DNA from: a virus
Direction: 5' to 3' (one strand)
Virus record (IMG/VR): IMGVR_UViG_3300045988_181112
Length of the DNA stretch: 64,000 nucleotides
A program made the translations under genes and the position numbers. Numbering within the stretch: the first letter of the stretch is position 1; each line of letters opens with the position of its first letter. The notes beneath the pieces were generated by a model. The model was not told the origin of the DNA, did not search any database, and worked only from the letters and a program-made list of their open reading frames with translations. Below, one piece after another: positions 55,841-64,000 of the stretch.

Positions 55841-57805
55841 TTACTCCTTACTTCCGGCTGCAAAATAATCTCTCAGTTCCATAATGGGGACGGGTTTTGC
55901 CCACCTGTAACCCTGCACGTATTCAAAACCTGTACCCACACTGTATTCATACTGTGCGTCGTTTTCCACCCCTTCCACAAGTGCCACAAAGTTGTCGCCC
56001 TTTATGATCGGAACGATGCCGTTAATGAGCCTGTCCGTCTTCTTGTTCTTCAGTGCGCTGTAAAGCAGCGACTTATCGAACTTTACGACAGAAAACGGCA
56101 GCTCTGTCAGACGTTCCAGAGAAGAGTATCCGGTACCGAAGTCGTCAAGATAAAACTTGATGCCGGCATCTGACATGATCTTCATATTCTGGGCAAGCAT
56201 CCCGCTGTCTGTTGCAAGAGCCGATTCCGTCAATTCCACACGGATCTTATCCATTGGCACACCGTAAGAATGGATGATGGAGAGAAATTCCTCTGCCACA
56301 TTTGCCTCTGAAAATTCCTGTACGGAAACATTGATGCTGATTGCATCAAATTCTGACTGTTTCATCAGATCTTTAATCGCCTTGCAGACCTTGTGGAACA
56401 TACAGATCGTCAGGAAATGGATACAGCTGTTTTCTTCTGCAATCGGTATGAATACTGACGGTGAAACCAGCTCGCCGTCCACATAAAAACGCATCAGGGC
56501 TTCCGCCGTGCGGAACTGTCTGGAATGGACTTCGTAGATAGGCTGTGCATAACAGATGACATTCTCATTGTCATAGTTGTACTCATCACGGAGCTTCTCT
56601 AACAATTCCGACAGATAATAGGCCTGCACCAGCTCATCATAACGGCCGTTATACAAAAGCTTCTTGCAGGAACCGAACTGATCGGAATACTTGGCAACTG
56701 CCTGCTGGATAATGTCCATCATCATGTTGATGTTACGGATCCGATCCGTGTATTCGATGCCGACCATGACAAATTTTTCATCCGGACTGATCTCCTTTAA
56801 TTTTTCAGACAAAATATCTCCAATCCGGCGCATATCTGATTCCGAAGACTTGGAATACTCTGTCTCGTAGATTAAATAAAACTCCCCGGCAGACCGGCGG
56901 AATATGTACAGGTCTTTATACTGCAGCTCCAGCTGCCTGACCAGTTCGATCAGTGGCTTCACGCTGTCTGCCTCGTCAGACGAGAAGGATTTATGAAGCA
57001 GCGACGGAATACGAAGCATTCCGAAATAAAACGGCTTCTTATCCTTGATCTCCTGATTGAATGTCACTTCCATGGAATATGTATTCTGGCAGCCCATGAT
57101 CTCATCAAACGGATTAGAATGAAAGAACATGTACAGCCCAAATAACGGCAGCATGGCGATCGCAGATACAAAAAGTGACCGTGGCTGCATCCGCTGGATG
57201 ATCAAAAACAGTGCATCAAACGGCAGGAAAAACAGGATACCCTTAAACACTACCCTGGCGATCTTCTTTCTTGCAATGAACAGAAAAACAGCAATAAACG
57301 CCAGCGCCAGAAACGACAGGTCTGTCACTGCCGTAATATAATGATCCAGCGAAACCACTCCGTGGTCATTGCGGACGCCGTTGTTTCTGATGTAGACCAC
57401 CCACGTGGGTATCACGCAGACCCACATAATACTGCGTCCTACGAGCTCCAGTTTTTTTAATCCCTGACGCATGTCCGGCATCAGTGACGTAACATATAAA
57501 CACATATTAGTAAGACACACGCAGTAAAGGAACGTGTTTACCATCATAGCAACCGTCAAGACCCATACACCCGCATCGTACATTTCCTGTGCTGCTGCCG
57601 CCATGAAAATATCAAGAAATGCGATCAGCGCAGAACAGAAGATGCCGGTAGACAGATAAACATAGTATGGTGTCTTTCTCGGCTTCATATAGTGCATGAG
57701 CCCGAAGAGCACCATGATAATGATAAGGCAGTTCACTTCGGTCCCGATGTGATAATATGTGCCGTCACATAATGACATTATCTGCTTTAATGCTTCTTTC
57801 CACAT
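55841..57805 (-). CDS. membrane protein with degenerate GGDEF and EAL phosphodiesterase domains
   Basis: 7 or more TM helices. SAGEF appears in place of GGDEF. EAL motifs ELTESALATD, YLDDFGTGYSS and KFDKSL. Confidence 0.75.
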   Translation of the reverse strand: MWKEALKQIMSLCDGTYYHIGTEVNCLIIIMVLFGLMHYMKPRKTPYYVYLSTGIFCSALIAFLDIFMAAAAQEMYDAGVWVLTVAMMVNTFLYCVCLTNMCLYVTSLMPDMRQGLKKLELVGRSIMWVCVIPTWVVYIRNNGVRNDHGVVSLDHYITAVTDLSFLALAFIAVFLFIARKKIARVVFKGILFFLPFDALFLIIQRMQPRSLFVSAIAMLPLFGLYMFFHSNPFDEIMGCQNTYSMEVTFNQEIKDKKPFYFGMLRIPSLLHKSFSSDEADSVKPLIELVRQLELQYKDLYIFRRSAGEFYLIYETEYSKSSESDMRRIGDILSEKLKEISPDEKFVMVGIEYTDRIRNINMMMDIIQQAVAKYSDQFGSCKKLLYNGRYDELVQAYYLSELLEKLRDEYNYDNENVICYAQPIYEVHSRQFRTAEALMRFYVDGELVSPSVFIPIAEENSCIHFLTICMFHKVCKAIKDLMKQSEFDAISINVSVQEFSEANVAEEFLSIIHSYGVPMDKIRVELTESALATDSGMLAQNMKIMSDAGIKFYLDDFGTGYSSLERLTELPFSVVKFDKSLLYSALKNKKTDRLINGIVPIIKGDNFVALVEGVENDAQYEYSVGTGFEYVQGYRWAKPVPIMELRDYFAAGSKE

Positions 57806-57981
57806 TCTTTTTCCGTTTCCTTTCCACCTTCAGCTTTTACGGTATCCTGTCTGTTTCCGTAGCTGTCGATTAAATATTCCACCATGTTGCTGTCCGACCG
57901 TCCTGCCTCTGTTGCCAGTTCATGCAGCTTCTTTCTGGTGGTTTCCTTCATCATGCTGTTAAACCTGACTTTTTTAACCAT
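57787..57981 (-). CDS. small RHH-like regulator
   Basis: MVKKVRFNSMMKETTRKKLHELA. GGAGG RBS. Overlaps the EAL gene start. Confidence 0.45.
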   Translation of the reverse strand: MVKKVRFNSMMKETTRKKLHELATEAGRSDSNMVEYLIDSYGNRQDTVKAEGGKETEKECGKKH

Positions 57982-58008
57982 TTTATCACGTCCTCCAATT
58001 TGGACATA

Positions 58009-58037
58009 ACTATAGCATAACTCTTATGTAAAGTCAA
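58009..58037 (-). promoter_or_regulatory. promoter TTGACT-17-TATAGT
   Basis: Minus strand reads TTGACTTTACATAAGAGTTATGCTATAGT. Confidence 0.45.
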
Positions 58038-58069
58038 CACAAAACCAACATAATCCGTAAGATCAGACA

Positions 58070-58099
58070 TTGACACAATGACATGATATATTATATAAT
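58070..58099 (+). promoter_or_regulatory. promoter TTGACA-18-TATAAT
   Basis: TTGACACAATGACATGATATATTATATAAT. Divergent from the promoter at 58009-58037. Confidence 0.5.
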
Positions 58100-58139
58100 A
58101 TACGCGGTATATGAAATTACAGAAAGGAAGGTGTAAACT

Positions 58140-61100
58140 ATGCCCGAACAGCGTATCAATTACGGTACAAAAACCATGGTATATTTCAAAAGACGGGAAA
58201 ATGCCATTGTGACAGGCGCCCAGCCCGGCAGTCCGACAAACCATGTCTGGAATGAAACCAGTAAAAGTACCATGCCTATTTTTGTACTGGTCAACAAATA
58301 CGACGACATCCGTGAATCCAAAAAAATCAGCGTACATTCCTGTTACTGTGCCGACTGCCGCAGACAGTTTGACCTGTCACAGGAACTCCCGGAACTGCAG
58401 ACGGACATCTATGCCTGTACAAGAAACACAGCAGCCTACCATATGACCGCACCGAACAAAGCCGTCAAAGCAATCCTTGCTACTGAACCGACCTGTCCGG
58501 AATGCGGACGCAGAGCAGAGGAGCTTGTGTTTATCCCCGCACAGACAAAATCTGAAAACAGTGATACCCTGAACCGTGATCTTGGAGAACATATTAACTA
58601 TGACGGTTCCTGGCGCATCCCTCCGATCATCCAGGGAAGATATGTCTTTGAATACCGTGACGGTGATGACAAACATCTGACAAGAATGGATGACAACATT
58701 ATGATGGAAAACACTGTCATCTTTCCTTCCGGAAAACAGTTCACATGGGAATCGGAACTTTCCCAGACCATGGATCTTATCCGCCACCGTATCGTAAGCT
58801 ATGAAACCCGTATTGATGGCAGAGGACGTACACCTGTCGGCATTGCACAGGAAGTGACTAACCCGTTTTTGTATGCAAACCCGCAGAACGCCCTGAGCAT
58901 TGAACGCAAGACTGACGTACAGGATACCACACAGGCTGTGAATGCCGTTTCCACTTTCGGCCGTGGCCATGAATTTGAAATCACTTCTTTCAAGGATAAT
59001 ATCTTTGGAAAAGCCTTTGGTGAAATTACGACCTACCGTCCCCAGGACAGCAGTGACAACCGCCTTTCTGGCTTTTTTGCCGGAAACGACGTCTGTGTCG
59101 GCGGTATCAAAGCTTCAGCAATGGACCTCATGTCAACCGAAGTCGGAAACCTGAAAGCACATGCTGCGATCGAAGCATTGAAAGACAAAATGCCGCATCC
59201 TGTGTACACCGACCTTGTACATAACGGACTGTGCTTACAGCAGCACAAAAAAGGTTCCACGGAAGAAAACACAGCTGTCCGCACAGAACTGCGGAATCTT
59301 TACACTTACATGGCCGTCCGTTATCCGGCTTCGGTTGTCTATGCCGCCCAGCGTGCAGAGATGCGTGCCGTGAACTATGAATTTGCCGAACGCCGTAAGG
59401 CAGCTGAAATAGCAGGATACGAGGCAAAGATGGCAACAGACAGTGCCCGTGCAAAATTCTTCCGCGAAGAGATGCGCTTTGTATCCGAACAGCTCTGTGC
59501 CTGTGACGACAAAGTATTAAACGAGATCCGTCTTGCCGGCACAAAATCCCCGGCATATGTCTTAAGAAAAGATGCCTCCGGAAAGAACGTCATTGAGAAA
59601 GTACCGGAGTTCGATGTAGATGACCCTGTACAGGACATGAAAGACCGTCTGGCATTCTTTGTCTACGGTTTACAGGAAGGCTTTCCTGTTCCCGGTGACA
59701 TTGCCGTGAAATTAAAGGATGCAAAGACATTGCAGGATGCAACCAAGTCCACAAAAAAATTAAAGACCAACTTTAACAACGATCCGATTGCCGTTGCGAG
59801 CAATGTCTATACGCTGCGCAAATGGGGCATCACGAACAGTGACCATGTGAAACAGGCGCTTGACCTTATCACGGAACAGTCTCCTGACGTGAACCCGCCT
59901 GCAATAAGGATCAAAGGAAACCGCATTGAACCAACCCGTAGACACAGAAGTTTCGTAAACGCCGGTATCCTTTCACCAATGCGTGACCGTACTGCGGTAT
60001 CATTCGCAAAGCTGTACGGAAAAACACATGATACCTCAGCCATGATCTCTGAGATATTCGATAACAGGACAAATGATCCGAAAGACAGGGAATCCTGTTC
60101 GAAATGGAGACAGTTCACGGAAGATGTCAGACTGTACAGTGACCTTGCAGACAACCCCGCCGTTACATTTATCCGCACCAAGGCGGACCTTGCTGTGAAT
60201 GAAAACTCCGGCGAAACCATTGACGAATGGGAGCAGAAGAAAAACCAGCTCAGAACCTATCTTGATAATAACGACAAGGACGGCATCCGCCTTGCTTACC
60301 GTGACTTTGCCGGTATTTACGGTGCCGATACGGTAGAAACGGTCAACACTCTTGCCAGGGAAATCAAAACAGACCGCCAGATGGATGAGATCAAAAAATA
60401 CGCAAATGAGAACGGCATGGAAGAAGCCCTGTCGAAATACAGCGAATTCCTGTCACGGTTCGATGACCCGGAGCAGGCTGTTACAGACCATCACATGTTC
60501 TCTGACAGGACACTCCTTATTGCAACACGTAATAACAAGCCACTGTTCGAGAGGAACTTAAGAGAAATCCATGATGAACTCTCGGAAATGGCAAAGAAAG
60601 CTGTCACGGAGAACGAATACCTGACCCTTCCTGACAAAATTCTTGCCATGAACGAGACCATTCCTGTGGATCTGTCGAAACTTCCAAAATCACAGTGGGA
60701 TGAAAACCCAAAAACCGTACCGGAAGGCACAATGGGTGAGTTTTCCTTCCATGTGCTTGACAACCGTTTTGACTTTGTAAGGATTGCCACAGACCTGCGT
60801 AACTGTGTTGCCGGCGGCAGTTACTTCAAAAGTGTAAAAGGTGGCAAGACCATGATCGTCAGCATGAAAAATGAGAATAACCAGACATGTGCCTGCATCG
60901 AACTCATAAAAGAAAGAGATGACAATCTTGGCACGGAATGGACGATGAAGCAGCTCCAGGGTTACCGTGATGCCGTCGTTGACCACAGGTACAGCGAAGC
61001 CATTAAAGAATGGGCCGGACATCACAAAATCGACATCAGTAAAGATCCTGACAGCAACATCAAACCATGTATGAACGGCGAGAAAACATGGTTCTACGGT

Positions 61101-61277
61101 GCCGGTAATGCTGACTTCCACCGGGATGAATACGATCCTGTGCTGAATACCACACTTGAGAACTCCAAAATTGAAAAGCTCAGAAAAGAACGTGTGGAAA
61201 AAGCAATCGCACTCTATGGAGGAGATGAGGCAGGCGGCCCGAATCTTCCTGAGGTGCCGGATGATTTAAGATACTGA
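58140..61277 (+). CDS. large hypothetical protein with N-terminal zinc ribbons
   Basis: 1045-aa ORF. CYCADCRRQ…CPECGRRAEE. AAAGGAAGGTG RBS. Confidence 0.6.
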   Translation: MPEQRINYGTKTMVYFKRRENAIVTGAQPGSPTNHVWNETSKSTMPIFVLVNKYDDIRESKKISVHSCYCADCRRQFDLSQELPELQTDIYACTRNTAAYHMTAPNKAVKAILATEPTCPECGRRAEELVFIPAQTKSENSDTLNRDLGEHINYDGSWRIPPIIQGRYVFEYRDGDDKHLTRMDDNIMMENTVIFPSGKQFTWESELSQTMDLIRHRIVSYETRIDGRGRTPVGIAQEVTNPFLYANPQNALSIERKTDVQDTTQAVNAVSTFGRGHEFEITSFKDNIFGKAFGEITTYRPQDSSDNRLSGFFAGNDVCVGGIKASAMDLMSTEVGNLKAHAAIEALKDKMPHPVYTDLVHNGLCLQQHKKGSTEENTAVRTELRNLYTYMAVRYPASVVYAAQRAEMRAVNYEFAERRKAAEIAGYEAKMATDSARAKFFREEMRFVSEQLCACDDKVLNEIRLAGTKSPAYVLRKDASGKNVIEKVPEFDVDDPVQDMKDRLAFFVYGLQEGFPVPGDIAVKLKDAKTLQDATKSTKKLKTNFNNDPIAVASNVYTLRKWGITNSDHVKQALDLITEQSPDVNPPAIRIKGNRIEPTRRHRSFVNAGILSPMRDRTAVSFAKLYGKTHDTSAMISEIFDNRTNDPKDRESCSKWRQFTEDVRLYSDLADNPAVTFIRTKADLAVNENSGETIDEWEQKKNQLRTYLDNNDKDGIRLAYRDFAGIYGADTVETVNTLAREIKTDRQMDEIKKYANENGMEEALSKYSEFLSRFDDPEQAVTDHHMFSDRTLLIATRNNKPLFERNLREIHDELSEMAKKAVTENEYLTLPDKILAMNETIPVDLSKLPKSQWDENPKTVPEGTMGEFSFHVLDNRFDFVRIATDLRNCVAGGSYFKSVKGGKTMIVSMKNENNQTCACIELIKERDDNLGTEWTMKQLQGYRDAVVDHRYSEAIKEWAGHHKIDISKDPDSNIKPCMNGEKTWFYGAGNADFHRDEYDPVLNTTLENSKIEKLRKERVEKAIALYGGDEAGGPNLPEVPDDLRY

Positions 61278-61304
61278 TCAGACGGTTCCCGCAAAAACAG
61301 ACAA

Positions 61305-61339
61305 TTCCCCGGATACCCAGGTATCTGGGGAATTTTTTT
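61305..61339 (+). terminator. intrinsic terminator
   Basis: CCCCGGATACC…GGTATCTGGGG hairpin followed by TTTTTTT. Confidence 0.55.
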
Positions 61340-61578
61340 ACACAGGGAACCTCTGATACGGACAGCATCCTACGAATGATTCGGTAAGAAAAAGAGCTGG
61401 CAATATTATCGCTCGTTTCTTCCATCTCTCTACTTTACCGACTGCTTAACTATCTTTTCGTCACGTTATTTATGCGAGACATGGCTGACGCCATGTCCGG
61501 TCGCGATAATAGACAGAGATATACATAATCTGTACTCTGCAAATCAAATCAGTATTATAATTTGAAAGGAGAATTCGT

Positions 61579-62976
61579 ATGAAAAACAAGCCAAGAATCA
61601 TGGACGTATACGATGAACATAGAGAACAAATCAGAAAGGGTACTGCAAGAGCCGACAGAAAAGCGAAGCTTATCTTCACCGTAAAGTGGCTCGGCATCGG
61701 TTTCGTGGTAGGTCTTGTCCTTACCATGCTCACCAGCTGCGGCACTCCTGATGTTCCTATGAACGCATCACAGGAAACTGCTGTTACAGAATCTGCTGAA
61801 GAGACTGTAACAGAAACTGTGCCTCAGACAGAAACCGAAGAAACAGAAGTTCCTTCTGAAACAGTTCCTGAAAGCACAGAAGCAGAGACCCACGAGGCAC
61901 CTGCTGCAACCTGGCACGCTTCTTCCAAGGAGCACGACATCAGTGTCAACAGCATCCTTACTTATGAGAATGGTGCCATCTGGAACTTTGCAGACTGCAC
62001 GGCTGTCGGTGCCGGTGTGAACTCAGACATTGCCGTGCCGGCGGAAGCAGACTACGGCTTTATTGTAACTGTACTTGACAGCAATTCTGCCACTATTACA
62101 CCTTACAATAACTCTGCTGAGTATATTGTTCCAACCAAGGTTACCGCAGAACTTTCCACTGGAAACCTTGAGACCACAGAGAGTTATGAATCGTATACCA
62201 TTACTGGTTACGACGACTGTTCCAATGGTTTTGGTACGGTAACTGTCGATTTCTCCAACGGCCGTACACTTGTTGCCGGTGTATTCAAAGAAAACGGCAG
62301 ACTTTACGCCGTCAACATCAACAGCAACAAAACTATTGCAACAAATGCCGTTGACAGAAGACTTGTCCTTGCCAAACTTATGCAGGATGCAGGTATCACT
62401 GAAGAGGACTGTGTCAGCACAGATCCTATCTACTACCCTATCGTTTCTGTAAACAAGGGTGAGGTTACGGATACTGCATACTGGGTAACAAAGTCTTCTG
62501 AACTTGTAGAAGATAACTGGACCGATGCCCACAAAATCATGACCTTCTACAACTACGTCATTAACAACTTTGCTTATGATAACTGGGTTGTTGCACAGGG
62601 AAGCAAAGGCAGATGCTTTTACAACAATGACTATTCTGGAAAATACTACATCAGCAACACAAATGTCGGCATATGTGAAGACTTTTCACAGGTCATTGCT
62701 ATCATGTGCAGAGCACAGGGTATCCCAGCTCTTGTACTTGACAATCATAAACATGCTGTAACTGTCGTTTACATTGAAGATTACAACAGATGGTTCTTGA
62801 TTGACAGCACTGCTGACATTGAAAATGATGCTTACCAGGAAGATTATACTGTCTGGGTGAAAAATGATAGTGTTCGATATAAAAGCTTTGGTTATACCAC
62901 TGCAACAAACTTCTATAAAGCATCCATTGGTAATTACGCTGATATGGAACAGTTCGGCATTCCTATGTTCCAGTAA
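61579..62976 (+). CDS. lipoprotein with C-terminal transglutaminase-like cysteine-protease domain
   Basis: TM then LTSCG lipobox. Acidic T/E-rich linker. GICEDFSQVIAIMCRAQGIPALVLD…HAVTVVYI…WFLIDST (Cys-His-Asp). Confidence 0.7.
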   Translation: MKNKPRIMDVYDEHREQIRKGTARADRKAKLIFTVKWLGIGFVVGLVLTMLTSCGTPDVPMNASQETAVTESAEETVTETVPQTETEETEVPSETVPESTEAETHEAPAATWHASSKEHDISVNSILTYENGAIWNFADCTAVGAGVNSDIAVPAEADYGFIVTVLDSNSATITPYNNSAEYIVPTKVTAELSTGNLETTESYESYTITGYDDCSNGFGTVTVDFSNGRTLVAGVFKENGRLYAVNINSNKTIATNAVDRRLVLAKLMQDAGITEEDCVSTDPIYYPIVSVNKGEVTDTAYWVTKSSELVEDNWTDAHKIMTFYNYVINNFAYDNWVVAQGSKGRCFYNNDYSGKYYISNTNVGICEDFSQVIAIMCRAQGIPALVLDNHKHAVTVVYIEDYNRWFLIDSTADIENDAYQEDYTVWVKNDSVRYKSFGYTTATNFYKASIGNYADMEQFGIPMFQ

Positions 62977-62983
62977 CCACTTT

Positions 62984-63015
62984 CCCTGTCCCTTCGTGGA
63001 CAGGGAATTTTTTTT
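62984..63015 (+). terminator. intrinsic terminator
   Basis: CCCTGTCC…GGACAGGG hairpin followed by T8. Confidence 0.55.
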
Positions 63016-63159
63016 GATTTTATTCACTTCCCTTTATGTGTATGACAGTGTTTACTTTTAAGACGGTGTAAGTGGCCCAAGGCCACTTACTATTTAAGCA
63101 ATAAGGATTTGTTATATGTTTCAAAAGGTTTTGGAAAGTGAACAAGGAGGAAGAAGAGG

Positions 63160-63390
63160 ATGACAAAAGGAATGACAAAAGGCAACAGTTTGAAAATCGC
63201 TATGCTTGCCATGGGTGTTGCCATGGGCATATGTGGTGGTAATATGATCAAGGCGAGTGCTTCTGACGTACAGCATGCTGCTCCTGCAGCAATTGAACAT
63301 GCTGCACCGATGGCATATACACAGGTAAGCGATGCCGGTGACAGTGAAACATATCATAGCGACGTTCTCGCTATGGTTGAAGATTTGTAA
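63160..63390 (+). CDS. small secreted protein
   Basis: GGAGGAAG RBS. Signal peptide MTKGMTKGNSLKIAMLAMGVAMGICGG. Confidence 0.5.
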   Translation: MTKGMTKGNSLKIAMLAMGVAMGICGGNMIKASASDVQHAAPAAIEHAAPMAYTQVSDAGDSETYHSDVLAMVEDL

Positions 63391-63399
63391 GAAAGTGAT

Positions 63400-63436
63400 G
63401 CACTTTGGGAGCCTGCTCCTAAAGTGCATATTTTTT
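63400..63436 (+). terminator. intrinsic terminator
   Basis: GCACTTTGGGAG…CTCCTAAAGTGC hairpin followed by T6. Confidence 0.55.
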
Positions 63437-63572
63437 AAACCTGCGTGCGGGAAAAAAGGATACCCGCACGGCAAAGACGGCAGTTTCACAAATCATGCAG
63501 GTTTTATGATACTGCACCTGCCGGCACCCATGCCGCCCGGTGCGGATGTAAAAATCATAGGTAGGTAATGGC

Positions 63573-63932
63573 ATGGATCTGCCAGGATTTATCGAACCCG
63601 CGGAGGATCTGCTCCGTAAACTTGACAGACGGCTTTTAGACTATAAAGACAGTCATCCTGATGCCTGTCTTACATTCGCCGTCTATGACACAGACTCTGC
63701 AAGAGAAGACGGAGACCCGCTGTACTTTGATGCAGATAAGAACGCATCTGTACGGGAACTTATGTGGGAAACCCATTCCTATCTTGTCAGCAGTGTATGC
63801 GCCGAACTGCGGCAGGGTGATGAAGCTCTCATCTTCGTCGATGACGCTGACTTATGTCTTACAGCCGGTGGTGTCGCACTTTTGGGTATCAAAGACCCGC
63901 GGCTTATTACAGAACATATAATAAAGAACTGA
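63573..63932 (+). CDS. hypothetical protein
   Basis: 119-aa ORF. Confidence 0.45.
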   Translation: MDLPGFIEPAEDLLRKLDRRLLDYKDSHPDACLTFAVYDTDSAREDGDPLYFDADKNASVRELMWETHSYLVSSVCAELRQGDEALIFVDDADLCLTAGGVALLGIKDPRLITEHIIKN

Positions 63933-64000
63933 TGTTTTGGTATTGTATTGTAAGTCAGGCTATGATACAATGACTCTTACAGCAATGCTGTGCATTGCTT

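Noticed and set aside
1-64000. Integrase, transposase or IS elements, tRNA/rRNA genes, relaxase, coupling protein and Rep initiator
   Set aside because: No DDE or tyrosine-recombinase signature, no HUH/relaxase motif, no FtsK/VirD4-like P-loop protein and no tRNA-like structure was recognised. Their absence in this window does not exclude them elsewhere on the replicon.

Overview
This 64-kb window reads as part of a large plasmid or ICE-like mobile element from a low-GC Gram-positive bacterium (Clostridia / Lachnospiraceae-like codon usage and GGAGG-type RBSs, about 45-48 % GC). All calls rest on motifs I can see in the sequence; no database search was possible. No rRNA, tRNA, CRISPR array, transposase or integrase was recognised. 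From left to right the window contains: (1) 0.2-21 kb, minus strand: a chain of operons from near-consensus sigma-A promoters that share a TTGATAAATGAG -35 element. They encode a small polytopic membrane protein, a 1297-aa polytopic membrane protein, two proteins that together resemble a conjugation (VirB4-type) ATPase but have no P-loop, a type IA topoisomerase III, a class B sortase, two paralogous RHH proteins and a 1559-aa cell-wall adhesin. The adhesin has a putative N-terminal thioester (TQ) domain and seven HxDxxDxxQ ester-bond stalk repeats. (2) 21-27 kb, minus strand: an operon with a UvrD-like helicase fused to a PD-(D/E)XK nuclease, a membrane protein, an HTH protein, a CBS-domain protein and a DUF2130-like protein. 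It is controlled by a divergent switch: consensus promoters, two perfect palindromes, a leaderless XRE repressor gene, and a downstream HEXXH protein that resembles an ImmR/ImmA pair. (3) 31-35 kb: flotillin plus an actin-like ParM/ParR-type segregation cassette with a palindromic operator. (4) 35-52 kb, plus strand: about 37 tightly packed small genes of unknown function (HIRAN-like, ATP-grasp-like, Zn-ribbon, membrane and acidic proteins). This block is interrupted at 50.26-51.1 kb by a GC-rich palindrome island and a 9-copy GGCATAG(T/A)GA iteron array. An acidic DNA-mimic-like gene and an OB-fold SSB-like gene follow, which matches an oriT / leading-region or origin signature. (5) 52-58 kb: two membrane GGDEF diguanylate cyclases and a degenerate-GGDEF/EAL phosphodiesterase. 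(6) 58-64 kb: a 1045-aa Zn-ribbon protein, a transglutaminase-like lipoprotein and small secreted proteins.
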